Source: a cyanobacterium endosymbiont of Braarudosphaera bigelowii (GTDB taxonomy: Bacteria > Cyanobacteriota > Cyanobacteriia > Cyanobacteriales > Microcystaceae). Taken from it: a stretch of 32,000 bases of DNA. Every line of letters begins with the position of its first letter. The first letter of the stretch is position 1. Below are positions 10,123 to 20,586 of the stretch, piece after piece. The stretch is taken from NCBI RefSeq assembly GCF_020885515.1, contig NZ_AP024987.1:1320001-1352000 (forward strand), written 5' to 3'. The translations under genes were made by a program, and so were the position numbers. Under the pieces are notes generated by a model. The model was given only the letters and a program-made list of their open reading frames with translations. It did no database searches and had not been told where the DNA came from.

Positions 10123-10180
10123 ATTAGTAGTGACTAAAATAACTACTACTAATGATTAATATGAATTAAGTCATATTAAT
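10123..10180. repeat. Two adjacent inverted repeats at the 3' side of the GT2 gene
   Basis: ATTAGTAGT (10123-10131) / ACTACTAAT (10145-10153), and ATTAATATGA (10155-10164) / TCATATTAAT (10171-10180) with 6-nt loop. Confidence 0.7.
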
Positions 10181-10187
10181 GATATGC

Positions 10188-11120
10188 TTACCTTCGCAGA
10201 AAACCTAATTTTTCACGTACTAAATATAAAGGACGATGTTTATCTTCACGATAAATCCTCCCAATATATTCACCGATAACTCCTAAAAATACTAGTTGAG
10301 TTCCACCAACAAACAGAATTGCAATAAAAGATAAGGTCCATCCAGGTACCCAACTTAAAGTAAACAATCTTACAAATAAAGCATAAAATATTCCAATAAC
10401 AGATAATGTAACAGTAAAGAGGCCAGCCCAAGTTGCCAATCTTAAAGGAACTAAAGAAAATGATAAAATACCATCAGCTGCAAAACGTATCATTTTAAAA
10501 AGTGGATACTTGCTAACTCCAGCTAAACGAGGACTACGCTGATAAGGAATTGCTATTTGACGAAATCCCACCCAGCTAACCATTCCGCGTAGAAAGCGAT
10601 CACGTTCTGGCATCATTTTAAGCACTTCAACAACTCGTCTATCTATTAATCGAAAATCTCCAGTATCAATAGGAATTGTCACATCCGACATACGATTCAT
10701 TACACGATAAAAAACTTTAGCACTCCATAATTTAAAAGCAGTTTCTCCTTGTCTATCAGTTCTTACACCATAGACAACATCATAGCCTTGAAACCAGTAA
10801 GATAACATATCCTTAATAATCTCAGGAGGATCCTGTAGATCAGCATCAATCAAGACTACAGCATCTCCCGAGGTATGATCTAGACCTGCAGTTACAGCCA
10901 TTTGATGTCCAAAATTGCGAGATAAAAAGATTACTTTTACTTGTTCATTGTCATATTGCAATTCTCGTAAAATCTCTGCTGTTTTGTCTTGACTACCATC
11001 GTCAACATAAACTAATTCAAATTCAGGATTGAAATTACTTAGGACAGTTACTAACTGATTATGAGCTTCTTGAATAACTTCTTGTTCGTTATAACAGGGA
11101 ATAACAATTGAAATAAGCAC
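10188..11120 (-). CDS. Family 2 glycosyltransferase with two C-terminal TM helices (GtrB/DPM1-like)
   Basis: 310 aa; SIVIPCYNEQEVI, LVYVDDGSQDKTAEIL, SGDAVVLIDADLQDPPE, VVYGVRTDRQGE, DTGDFRLIDRR, two C-terminal hydrophobic segments, YIGRIYREDKHRPLYLV. Confidence 0.92.
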   Translation of the reverse strand: MLISIVIPCYNEQEVIQEAHNQLVTVLSNFNPEFELVYVDDGSQDKTAEILRELQYDNEQVKVIFLSRNFGHQMAVTAGLDHTSGDAVVLIDADLQDPPEIIKDMLSYWFQGYDVVYGVRTDRQGETAFKLWSAKVFYRVMNRMSDVTIPIDTGDFRLIDRRVVEVLKMMPERDRFLRGMVSWVGFRQIAIPYQRSPRLAGVSKYPLFKMIRFAADGILSFSLVPLRLATWAGLFTVTLSVIGIFYALFVRLFTLSWVPGWTLSFIAILFVGGTQLVFLGVIGEYIGRIYREDKHRPLYLVREKLGFLRR

Positions 11121-11208
11121 TATTTACATCCTTTCAGTCTCTAAGAAATTTAAAACAAGTAAATTATCTGTTCTAATATTAATAATTAAGTTATTTCCAA
11201 AATTATGA

Positions 11209-12081
11209 TCATTTTTTGGGCGGTATTCCGTATAGAGTATGCTCTTCCATACTTAGGGTATAGCCCAAGGAATATAAAAAAGGTTGAATCGTAAGTAAAG
11301 AGGACTTTCCAGTTTTTACATCAGCATGAATATCTATACAAAGATAAGGTAAATAAGTTTGCAAAGTTTTTTTTGCACCTTGTAGTGCATAGAATTCAAA
11401 TCCTTCAATATCAATTTTAATGGCTGATGGTTTTATTGATTCTTGAGCAATATACTCATCTAACGTTATTGTTTTTACTGTATAAGTAGTAAACTTTGTA
11501 TTTGTATAAATATTACTATCTGAGGCTAAAGTTGACGTATCTGAAGCCCAAGATGAATTATTATCTTTATTGTATTCAATAAATTCAGCAGATCCTGATT
11601 GATCAGAAATTGCGTCAGGAACAACCATAACATTAGAAATATTATTTAAATTTAAAACTTTTTGTAAAATTTGTTGAGTATTCTTTGCAGGCTCAAAAGC
11701 ATAAACTTTACCTTTATCTCCAACAGCTTGACTCAATGGTAAGCTAATGACTCCAAAAGATGCACCAATATCTAATACAGTATCTCCGTATTCGACTTTA
11801 GAACATAACCATTGCGCACAATGCTCTTCTACCAAGAAGTTAAGTTTCTTTTCTGGTAGAGGTGATAAACAATGCTGATAGGTTTGTAAAATCTCAATTG
11901 GAGATAAAATTTGAATTGCATTTAAGGAACATTGGACTACACTTTCAGGCTTAATATTATCTAAAAGATCTTTTATTATCTCACGTTTCTGATCTTTTAA
12001 TATTTGATCAAGAGCATTTAAAATATCAATAATTCCTATAATTTTACGTAACTTATTGATTAAATAGTTTTTAGTTCCCAT
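11209..12081 (-). CDS. FkbM family methyltransferase
   Basis: 290 aa; DTVLDIGASFGVISLPLSQAVGDKGKVYAFEPAKNT, TLDEYIAQ...KPSAIKIDIEGFEFYALQGAKKTL. Confidence 0.9.
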   Translation of the reverse strand: MGTKNYLINKLRKIIGIIDILNALDQILKDQKREIIKDLLDNIKPESVVQCSLNAIQILSPIEILQTYQHCLSPLPEKKLNFLVEEHCAQWLCSKVEYGDTVLDIGASFGVISLPLSQAVGDKGKVYAFEPAKNTQQILQKVLNLNNISNVMVVPDAISDQSGSAEFIEYNKDNNSSWASDTSTLASDSNIYTNTKFTTYTVKTITLDEYIAQESIKPSAIKIDIEGFEFYALQGAKKTLQTYLPYLCIDIHADVKTGKSSLLTIQPFLYSLGYTLSMEEHTLYGIPPKK

Positions 12082-12260
12082 ACTTTCTTTAAGTTGCCAA
12101 TTGAAATAAATCTAACATTAAGAGATTAGTTAGAAGACTTCTAATTATATGTTCGAAGTTCCTAGAAATTAAAATAATTACTCTTTTTCCTATTTATATT
12201 TATCATGTATACGTGTAGATACTGAGAATTGAGAATCAAATTGTATTTATTAAACCAGAT

Positions 12261-14042
12261 ATGTATTCTAAAAACTTTAAACTTGAAAAATTTTCATCAC
12301 AAATATTGTTTGCATCTTTAATAATCATATATTATTTAATTGGTTTTTATTTAATACAGAAAACATCAATCACTTCAGATGAATCTGCTTACATCGGTGC
12401 TGCGTACTCTTATATACAAGGTCTTGGATTAAACTGGGAACATCCTCTTCTTTTAAAGTTAATTGACTCAGTAATTTTTAACTTATTTTTCTCAAATCAT
12501 GAAGCATTAATACCAACTATTAATCTTATTAATGGGCAAGAAAATATTGAAGCTCGTTTGGCTGCTTTTAATGTAGGGTATGAGCTCCTGACAAAAGATT
12601 CTGAAGCATTTCATAGAATAGTTTTTAGTCTACGCTTTGTACACCTGTTTTTCAACAGCTTCATTTTTATATGGTTTTATTTATATACTTTTATATTTAA
12701 TGAGATTGATTCTATAATTTCTATAATTTTTCTTATTTTATATATTTTTTCTCCTAGTTTTTATAGTCATAATTTTTTAATTGCTTTTGATGTTAGTGTT
12801 AGTCTATATGCATTACTATTCATTCTGAGTTTTTCTTTTCTTGTAAAGTCTCTTGTTCAAGGAAAAAATAAATATTTAGCAGCATATTTCACTTTATTTA
12901 CATTACTTTTATTTATTGCTATTAATGTAAAGTTTAGTAATTTAATTCTTATACCAATTATAGGATTGGTATACATCGTTTATAGTATTTATTTACTAAT
13001 CAAAAAACGCAAGCAAAAATTTTTACAAATTACCTTTTTAGGAAGTTTGAGTTTGTTATTACAGGTTGTTTTGACTGTTTCAATTTATAGCTTGGCTTTT
13101 AGAAATTTACCTAATAAATCTTTGTCAAATATTCTAAATATTTATATTCAAGGTATTGGGATGAATTTAAGTACAGCAAAAGGTATAAGAGAGCCCTTCC
13201 TAAATGGACAGTTCATATCAACAACAGCTATTAATTATTTATTAAAAATTTTTTGGTTTAAGGAAAATTTAATCCTTTTAATAATAGCAATTTTTCTCTT
13301 TTTAGTTTGTACAAAAAAAATATTATTTGTACAATATCCTATACAAAAAATACTTAAATCTTACCTTAACAAAAAAATATTGTTAGTTGTTAGTATAGTT
13401 TCTATGTATCCAGTAATTTACTTATGGATAAGTAGTAGTAGTCGTTTTGTTATTGGGTATAGATACTTCTACCCTATTATCATATTTGTCTATTTATTGT
13501 TTTCTACCTTATTGGTTACTTTTAGTTACAAGTGGAAAAAGTACATCTTATTAGGATTAATGACATCTTATATTTACTTAGGAATCACAGGAATTTCTCA
13601 ATCCTTAAGTTATGTTAATCCTCTTTGGAATAAAGAAAAATGGCAATTAGCTGATGACTCTACAGTTAATTGGGGACAGGAAACACAGCATGTAGTAGAG
13701 TATTTGATACAAAATAGATTATTGACAGAAAATAACGAAAATACTCTTGTCTATCAGCTTTTTGGTGTTAACATTGGTTTTGTACAATATCTTGAACTAT
13801 TAAGTAAAAATTACAAATACCCTATTAATATTCAATCTTACTATCAACCTATACTTGATCTAAAAAATAAAGAGATTACTAAGTTACCTTATAAGTATTT
13901 GCTAATTGACAGTACTGTGAAACAGCAGATATATGTAGAAAAAAATAATAATCTCGCTGCCTCTCAGAATTGGGATTTTTTAATAAAAAGAAAGCCGATT
14001 TATTCACGCAATAATATTATTTATATCTATCAAATTAAATGA
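12261..14042 (+). CDS. Multi-pass membrane protein, GT-C / glycosyltransferase family 39-like
   Basis: 593 aa with many TM segments; luminal motif TSDESAYIGAAYSYIQGLGLNWEHPLL and DDSTVNWGQETQHVVEYL. Confidence 0.72.
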   Translation: MYSKNFKLEKFSSQILFASLIIIYYLIGFYLIQKTSITSDESAYIGAAYSYIQGLGLNWEHPLLLKLIDSVIFNLFFSNHEALIPTINLINGQENIEARLAAFNVGYELLTKDSEAFHRIVFSLRFVHLFFNSFIFIWFYLYTFIFNEIDSIISIIFLILYIFSPSFYSHNFLIAFDVSVSLYALLFILSFSFLVKSLVQGKNKYLAAYFTLFTLLLFIAINVKFSNLILIPIIGLVYIVYSIYLLIKKRKQKFLQITFLGSLSLLLQVVLTVSIYSLAFRNLPNKSLSNILNIYIQGIGMNLSTAKGIREPFLNGQFISTTAINYLLKIFWFKENLILLIIAIFLFLVCTKKILFVQYPIQKILKSYLNKKILLVVSIVSMYPVIYLWISSSSRFVIGYRYFYPIIIFVYLLFSTLLVTFSYKWKKYILLGLMTSYIYLGITGISQSLSYVNPLWNKEKWQLADDSTVNWGQETQHVVEYLIQNRLLTENNENTLVYQLFGVNIGFVQYLELLSKNYKYPINIQSYYQPILDLKNKEITKLPYKYLLIDSTVKQQIYVEKNNNLAASQNWDFLIKRKPIYSRNNIIYIYQIK

Positions 14043-16210
14043 TTCTAAACAATATATCTAAATTTGTAAATCAATTAATACACAGAAATCGTATAAGTTT
14101 TAAAATTATAGTTTTATATGGTGTTATTGCGCTTTCATTGATGGCACCAATGGCTTCATCAACAATAATTCCTTCTATTAATGATACTCCTTCCCATATA
14201 AGCTATATAGTACAGGCACGAGATGCTATCAACGAGGGGCAATTTCCTCTTCGTATAGCTCCTTTAGAAGATAATGGTTGGAGATATCCAGGATTTCAAT
14301 TTTATAGTCAACTACCTTATTTTATAGGTGGGTGGTTTTATAAATTACTTACTCCTAATAATCCTTATGATGCATATAAGTTGGTTATTATAATATCTCT
14401 TACTATGGGAGGATTATATGTTTATTTCCTAAGTCTTAAACTTACCAGATCTCGTATAGCATCTATTTTGAGTGGAGTTGCCTATATGTCAGCTCCCTAT
14501 TTTTTAAATAATATCCATGCGAGGGGAGCTTTTACTGAAACAGTTGCCCAAGGGATTCTCCCTATTGTTATTTACTATGCTCTCGAGTGCTACTTAACTA
14601 GAAAAAAACGCTACTTCGTTTTAAGTGCATTGAGCTGGTTTTGCTTAAGTATTACTCATATAATAACTTTTATTTACGGAACAATTTTTATTTTTTTTCT
14701 GCTTGTAATTGTTATTACTCAAACAAGGAAAACTAAATTTAGTTTTCCTTCTCTTGTAAGTTTACTAAAAGCTTATATTTTAGGATGGTTGTTAGGACTA
14801 TATTTTCTTGCTCCTATTATTTTAGTTTCTCCTTATCTTTCCATTCGTAAGCAGATTAAGGCAATTAATCCTTTTGGGACTAATACTTACACACCTATAG
14901 CTAATTTATTTTCTCCTGTATCTCTACCAGCTGAACCATCAGAAAATGGTTTGGCAGCTACTTATGGGCTTCATCCAGCTATTGGTTGGATATTTCTAAT
15001 TGCTTTTGGCATTGTAATATACTATAGATATTTTACTCCCTTCAATCCACCTAAATTAAAACTTATTCGTCCTTATATTGATGGATTACTATGTGTATTT
15101 CTTCTTGCTTTATTTTTAACTTGGAGTCCTATTAATATCTGGAATATTCTACCACGTCAGTTATGGGTAACCCAATTTACATTTCGTTTCATTACCCATA
15201 TTATGTGGGCAGGAGCATTGTTAACAGCATATGCGATTGTTCTTATTTTTCGTGAAAGACTTGATCGTCGCCATTTAATTATTGGAATATTACTAATTAT
15301 CTTATTTGGACGTTCATGGATCCCTGCCCCAAGAGGAACTCTAACTGTCAATAAGTTGGTAGAGGAACCGTTGTTCAAGTATTCCGGATCCTTGGATTAC
15401 TTATATCGTGCTCCTGTAAAAACTATTTACGGTAAAAATGAATTGCCTTTATTACATCCGGAATGGATTCCTGGATATAGTACATGGAATACCTTTGTTA
15501 ATCATCCTTTGATTCTTGATGCAGAGTTACGTTATCCAATATGGGATGAAAAAGAAAATCCTATAATCTTTTTAGAAGCAGAGATTTCTCCAATAAACAT
15601 TGAACAACCCATTATTCTAGAAGCCTATATTGATGGTAGAAAGATAAGTTCTGTATTTCTTAATTCTCCTAAACTTAATTGGCAGATTCCTTTGCCTAAA
15701 ATTTCACCATCTAGTAAAGATTTTGGGTTAAAGTTTGTGTTAAATGATGTTGCTGAAAATAAGCAGCTTCCCAACATTAGAGTTAATCGATTTTTCTTAG
15801 AAGGAATGTCTCCCGAGAAAACAATCATACCGGTTTCAGAAACACAACAATATTGTAAACAAGAAGGTATCAATACTGTTTGTGAACTTGTGGTTGGAGA
15901 AGAAGCTCAAATAGCTCAACTTCCTGTGCTTTATTATCCGAATATGTTTAAGCTATGGGTTGATAATAAACCCTTCAAAGAGTCTTTCCCAGTTCACTAT
16001 CGAGATTATAGTCTAGTAGGTTTAAAACTTAAAACAGGAAGCCATATAATAAAAACTACTTTTAATGGCTTAGTTTGGGCCAATTGGATAAGTGGTCTAA
16101 CTTGGCTTATTTTAGCTATCTACATTATTACACCTTTATATAAAGATTTGAAGAAAGAAAGCTTGAAGTCTCGAAATAATTCTTATTCCAAAAAATTAGG
16201 AAAGGATTAA
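14039..16210 (+). CDS. Large multi-pass membrane protein, GT-C-like / PTPS-related family
   Basis: 723 aa; N-terminal TM then NDTPSHISYIVQARDAINEGQFPLRIAP..., multiple TM helices, C-terminal beta-rich periplasmic region; start overlaps upstream stop (ATGA, 14039-14042). Confidence 0.65.
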   Translation: MILNNISKFVNQLIHRNRISFKIIVLYGVIALSLMAPMASSTIIPSINDTPSHISYIVQARDAINEGQFPLRIAPLEDNGWRYPGFQFYSQLPYFIGGWFYKLLTPNNPYDAYKLVIIISLTMGGLYVYFLSLKLTRSRIASILSGVAYMSAPYFLNNIHARGAFTETVAQGILPIVIYYALECYLTRKKRYFVLSALSWFCLSITHIITFIYGTIFIFFLLVIVITQTRKTKFSFPSLVSLLKAYILGWLLGLYFLAPIILVSPYLSIRKQIKAINPFGTNTYTPIANLFSPVSLPAEPSENGLAATYGLHPAIGWIFLIAFGIVIYYRYFTPFNPPKLKLIRPYIDGLLCVFLLALFLTWSPINIWNILPRQLWVTQFTFRFITHIMWAGALLTAYAIVLIFRERLDRRHLIIGILLIILFGRSWIPAPRGTLTVNKLVEEPLFKYSGSLDYLYRAPVKTIYGKNELPLLHPEWIPGYSTWNTFVNHPLILDAELRYPIWDEKENPIIFLEAEISPINIEQPIILEAYIDGRKISSVFLNSPKLNWQIPLPKISPSSKDFGLKFVLNDVAENKQLPNIRVNRFFLEGMSPEKTIIPVSETQQYCKQEGINTVCELVVGEEAQIAQLPVLYYPNMFKLWVDNKPFKESFPVHYRDYSLVGLKLKTGSHIIKTTFNGLVWANWISGLTWLILAIYIITPLYKDLKKESLKSRNNSYSKKLGKD

Positions 16211-16266
16211 ATATATTACTTTTTTTCTTGAAATGAAACTTTAATTTACAGCTGAACAGATATATT

Positions 16267-16992
16267 TCATTGATTGAGGAATATTTCAAGAAAAAATTTA
16301 GGAATTGTTAACATGCGTTTCCAACGCCAAGGTTCCTGATAAAGTCTGTATAACCATTCTAAATTATTATTCTGTAACCATAGAGGAGCACGCGATTTAT
16401 TTTCTGACCATATATCAAAGCTTCCCCCAATCCCCATCCAGATAGATTCAGGACATAGATCTCTATTTTTATAAATCCATTGTTCTTGACTAGGTACTCC
16501 TAGCCCAACCAAGATCAATTTAGGTTGTCTTGTAAACAATATATTTTTCCAATCCTCTTCTTCTTTAGAAGATAAATATCCATGGTTGGTTAGAATATCA
16601 GCTTTTGGTAATTTTTTTAGCCATTTTTCTGCTGATTTTTTAGCTACTCCAGGTTTTCCACCATAGAATGCAATTGGATGTCTATCTTTTTCATTACTTA
16701 ATATTTGAATTAAAACTTCCGCTAGTTGAATACCTGGACAACGCTTTTGATCTATTCCATTAAGTTTTAAAGATAAAGTTATTCCTGCACCATCAGGAAT
16801 AACCAACTGCGAACTTTTAATAATTTTTGCAAGTATACTATTCTGCTTCGTCATCATCGCCATTTCAGCATTAAGAGTAACAACATGTATTCCTTGATGC
16901 TCTTTTAGACTCTGTATCAACCATCCAGCATAATCAGTAGACAAATGAACAGGCAAACCAACAATTGGGAAAGATTTTAGAGATGATGGCAT
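16267..16992 (-). CDS. WecG/TagA/CpsF family glycosyltransferase
   Basis: 241 aa; TLNAEMAMM, VIPDGAGITLSLKLNG, PGIQLAEVL, IAFYGGKPGVA, LILVGLGVPSQEQWI, GIGGSFDIWSENKSRAPLWLQNNNLEWLYRLYQEPWRWKR. Confidence 0.93.
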   Translation of the reverse strand: MPSSLKSFPIVGLPVHLSTDYAGWLIQSLKEHQGIHVVTLNAEMAMMTKQNSILAKIIKSSQLVIPDGAGITLSLKLNGIDQKRCPGIQLAEVLIQILSNEKDRHPIAFYGGKPGVAKKSAEKWLKKLPKADILTNHGYLSSKEEEDWKNILFTRQPKLILVGLGVPSQEQWIYKNRDLCPESIWMGIGGSFDIWSENKSRAPLWLQNNNLEWLYRLYQEPWRWKRMLTIPKFFLEIFLNQ

Positions 16993-17327
16993 TACTTATT
17001 AAGACAAGATAGGCAAAACTAAATTATTAATATACAACAGACATCAAATAAAAACTAATTTATGAATATTATTCAGTTAATAGTTATAGATTGTAGTTTT
17101 TTTAATTACTTTAAACAAGTATTAGAAATCATCAACTTAAATCGTATATCCGATATGATTTTTTTGAGAGCCAAGCTACTAATTAAGGTTCACAGTAAAG
17201 AATATTGTTAAATTTAACTTAATGATGTTGACATATATTTGCTTTTTTTGATATGGTGAGAATTTGTCAGCTATCTTGAACAATTGATAGTTTTTTTGAC
17301 ATCTTCTTTCTATATAAAATTTATTTT

Positions 17328-17702
17328 ATGCCTACTATTCAGCAGTTAATTCGGAGTGAACGCTCCAAAGCAAAAAAGAAAACCAAGTCTCCAGCTCTTA
17401 AACAATGTCCTCAGCGCCGAGGAGTTTGCACTAGAGTCTATACTACTACTCCTAAAAAGCCAAACTCTGCTTTGAGAAAAGTAGCCAGAGTCCGTCTGAC
17501 TTCAGGGTTTGAAGTGACAGCTTACATACCAGGTATTGGGCATAACCTACAAGAACATTCTGTTGTATTGATTCGCGGAGGTCGGGTTAAAGATTTACCT
17601 GGTGTTCGTTATCATATCATCCGCGGAACCTTGGATGCTCAAGGAGTAAAAGATAGGAAACAAGGACGCTCTAAATATGGGGCTAAACGTCCCAAAGATT
17701 AG
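17328..17702 (+). CDS. rpsL: 30S ribosomal protein S12
   Basis: 124 aa; [57 protein letters not shown]. Confidence 0.99.
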   Translation: MPTIQQLIRSERSKAKKKTKSPALKQCPQRRGVCTRVYTTTPKKPNSALRKVARVRLTSGFEVTAYIPGIGHNLQEHSVVLIRGGRVKDLPGVRYHIIRGTLDAQGVKDRKQGRSKYGAKRPKD

Positions 17703-17806
17703 ATCATATCTTTGAAAATACAGATTAATTAAAGTCCACAGACTTTGAGAGCCTAAATTGATAGAATCGTTTAACAGTCTTAATTATTCAAAAGGAAAAG
17801 ATTATT

Positions 17807-18277
17807 ATGTCCCGTCGAGGAAATATTAAAAGGAAACCAGTACCTCCTGATCCAGTATATAGTAGTTGTTTACTTAATATGACTATTCGTCGAGTAATGA
17901 AAAGCGGTAAAAAATCTGTCGCTGCAGGCATTGTATATGATGCTATGAAAGTAATTGGAGAACGAACTGGTAAAGAACCTCTAGAAGTTTTTGAACAGGC
18001 GATAAAAAATCTAACACCACTAGTAGAAGTTAAGGCCCGACGTGTTGGAGGGGCAACCTATCAGGTACCTATGGAAGTTCGCCCTTCTAGAGGCACAACT
18101 TTAGCTTTAAGATGGTTGATTCGATACTCTAGAATTAGGGGCGGCCGTACTATGGCTGGCAAATTGGCCAGTGAAATTATGGATGCTGCTAATGAAACAG
18201 GTGCAGCAATGAAAAAACGTGATGAAACTCATCGTATGGCTGATGCGAACAAAGCCTTCGCACATTATCGTTATTAA
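17807..18277 (+). CDS. rpsG: 30S ribosomal protein S7
   Basis: 156 aa; [41 protein letters not shown]. Confidence 0.99.
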   Translation: MSRRGNIKRKPVPPDPVYSSCLLNMTIRRVMKSGKKSVAAGIVYDAMKVIGERTGKEPLEVFEQAIKNLTPLVEVKARRVGGATYQVPMEVRPSRGTTLALRWLIRYSRIRGGRTMAGKLASEIMDAANETGAAMKKRDETHRMADANKAFAHYRY

Positions 18278-18426
18278 TGAGAACTTTTTCAGCAATTCTG
18301 TTTAATTCTAGTACCTCCTTTCTGAAGTTAGCCTACTATAGATTTCTTAAAAGAGAAATATTAAGATTGTAAGTAGCATAATTTAGTAAATAATATAAAC
18401 GTATAAAAATACTTAGGTAAGCCATA

Positions 18427-18433
18427 AGGAGGC
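18427..18433 (+). promoter_or_regulatory. Strong Shine-Dalgarno (aaggagg) for fusA
   Basis: aaggagg followed by 5 nt and TTG start at 18438. Confidence 0.8.
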
Positions 18434-18437
18434 AGTT

Positions 18438-20534
18438 TTGACACGTAATATCCCACTAGAAAAGGTACGAAATATTGGAATTGCCGCGCACATAGATGCT
18501 GGTAAAACTACAACAACTGAACGTATCCTTTTCTATACAGGAATCGCACACAAATTAGGTGAAGTTCATGAAGGTACTGCTATTATGGACTGGATGGTCC
18601 AAGAGCAAGAAAGAGGTATAACAATTACAGCTGCTGCTATTAGTACCAATTGGTCAGATCATCAAGTTAACATCATAGATACTCCAGGACATGTGGATTT
18701 CACAATTGAAGTTGAACGTTCTATGAGAGTACTAGATGGAGTGGTAGCGATATTTTGTGCTGTGGGAGGTGTTCAACCACAATCTGAGACTGTTTGGAGA
18801 CAAGCTAATCGTTATGAAGTTCCTCGTATAGTGTTCATTAATAAAATGGATCGTACTGGAGCTAATTTCTTCAAAGTTCATGAGCAAATATGTGATCGCC
18901 TAAAAGCTAATATCATTCCAATCCAAATACCTATTGGTAATGAAAGTGATTTTTGCGGCATTGTTGATCTAATAAGAATGAGGGCTAAAGTCTATCAAGA
19001 TGATCTAGGAGAAAAGATCGAAGATATTGAAATTCCTTCTGAATGCTTAGAAAAAGCTAAAGAATATCGTACTAAATTAGTTGAAGCAGTTGCTGAAATT
19101 GATGAAACTTTACTAGAAAAATACTTAGAATGTGAAGAATTAACAGAGACTGAGATTAAAGAAGGTTTAAGGAAAGGTACTCTAGCACGATCTATCATAC
19201 CTTTACTATGTGGTTCGGCCTTTAAAAATAAAGGCATTCAGTTATTATTAGACGCTGTTGTAGAATACTTACCTTCTCCTCTTGATGTTCCTTCAATTAA
19301 AGGATTATTGCCCAATAACATAGAGGGTTGTCGTATAAGTTCTGATGAAGAACCATTTTCTGCTCTTGTTTTCAAAATTGCATCTGATCCTTATGGTCGT
19401 CTAACTTTTATACGTGTTTATTCTGGGGTATTAAACAAGGGAAACATTATTTATAATGCAACAAAAAAACAAAAAGAAAGAATTTCTCGCTTAATTATTC
19501 TTAAATCTAATGATCGTATTGAAGTAGATGAGTTGAGAGCAGGAGATCTGGGTGCAGTTATTGGCCTAAAGAAAACAACTACAGGTGACACACTGTGCGA
19601 TGAGAATCATCCTATTCTACTAGAATCTTTGTATATTCCTGAGCCAGTAATTTCTGTAGCAATAGAAACTCAAACTAAACAAGAACTTGAAAAACTCTCT
19701 AAAGCTCTTCAATCTTTATCTGATGAAGATCCAACATTTCGAGTTAATATTGATCCTGAAACCAATCAAACTGTCATTGCAGGAATGGGAGAATTACATT
19801 TAGAAATTCTTGTAGATAGGATGTTGCGTGAATATAAAATCGAAGCAAGTATTGGACAGCCTCAAGTTGCTTATCGTGAAACTATCCTGAAGCTAGGCAA
19901 AGCAGAAGAAGAATATATTCGTGAAAATGTTGGTAAGAATCATTATGCTCATGTTTTAATTCAGATAGAGCCAAGTAAGAAAGGTAGTGGCCTTGAATTT
20001 GTTTCCGCAATTATTGATGGTATTATTCCAAAAGAGTTTATTACTTCGGTTGAGAAAGGTATTAGAGAAACTTGTGATTCAGGAATTATTGCTGGTTATC
20101 CAGTAACTGACATTAAAGTAACTTTGCTAGGTGGGTCATTTCATGAAATTGATTCATCAGATATAGCTTTTAAAATTGCTGGTTCAATATCTATTCGTAA
20201 TGCGGTTATGAAGTCTTCTCCAATACTATTAGAACCTATGATGAAAATTGATGTAGAAATTCCTAATGATTTCTTAGGGGATATAGTTGGAGATCTTAAT
20301 GCTCGTCGGGGTCAAATCAATGGAATGATCACCGAAGATGATCTTACAAAAGTATCTGCAAATGTTCCTCTAGCAGAAATGTTTGGTTATGCAACTGACA
20401 TGAGATCAAAAACACAAGGTCGAGGAGTCTTCTCAATGGAATTTAATCATTATGTAGAAGTCCCTCATAAAATCGCTAAAGCGATAATTATGCAAAATAC
20501 AGGGAACACTTATGACAGTGAAGATTATCAATAA
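18438..20534 (+). CDS. fusA: Translation elongation factor G (TTG start)
   Basis: 698 aa; [53 protein letters not shown]; adjacent to rpsL, rpsG and tufA. Confidence 0.99.
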   Translation: MTRNIPLEKVRNIGIAAHIDAGKTTTTERILFYTGIAHKLGEVHEGTAIMDWMVQEQERGITITAAAISTNWSDHQVNIIDTPGHVDFTIEVERSMRVLDGVVAIFCAVGGVQPQSETVWRQANRYEVPRIVFINKMDRTGANFFKVHEQICDRLKANIIPIQIPIGNESDFCGIVDLIRMRAKVYQDDLGEKIEDIEIPSECLEKAKEYRTKLVEAVAEIDETLLEKYLECEELTETEIKEGLRKGTLARSIIPLLCGSAFKNKGIQLLLDAVVEYLPSPLDVPSIKGLLPNNIEGCRISSDEEPFSALVFKIASDPYGRLTFIRVYSGVLNKGNIIYNATKKQKERISRLIILKSNDRIEVDELRAGDLGAVIGLKKTTTGDTLCDENHPILLESLYIPEPVISVAIETQTKQELEKLSKALQSLSDEDPTFRVNIDPETNQTVIAGMGELHLEILVDRMLREYKIEASIGQPQVAYRETILKLGKAEEEYIRENVGKNHYAHVLIQIEPSKKGSGLEFVSAIIDGIIPKEFITSVEKGIRETCDSGIIAGYPVTDIKVTLLGGSFHEIDSSDIAFKIAGSISIRNAVMKSSPILLEPMMKIDVEIPNDFLGDIVGDLNARRGQINGMITEDDLTKVSANVPLAEMFGYATDMRSKTQGRGVFSMEFNHYVEVPHKIAKAIIMQNTGNTYDSEDYQ

Positions 20535-20586
20535 ATGATAAAGTATTACTGTTTAAAACAAAAAACAACAAAGGAACTTTTAATTT

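Noticed and set aside
12130-12144. Short palindrome TTAGAAG-A-CTTCTAA in the divergent promoter region
   Set aside because: Only 7-bp arms in an AT-rich spacer; noted but not distinguishable from chance without conservation data.
15157-15873. Two antisense ORFs (73 and 82 aa) in the 723-aa membrane protein gene
   Set aside because: No domain or RBS support; lie wholly within the longer frame.
18107-18295. 62-aa antisense ORF over the 3' end of rpsG
   Set aside because: Shadow of rpsG coding sequence.
18995-19237. 80-aa antisense ORF in fusA
   Set aside because: Shadow ORF in a highly conserved gene.
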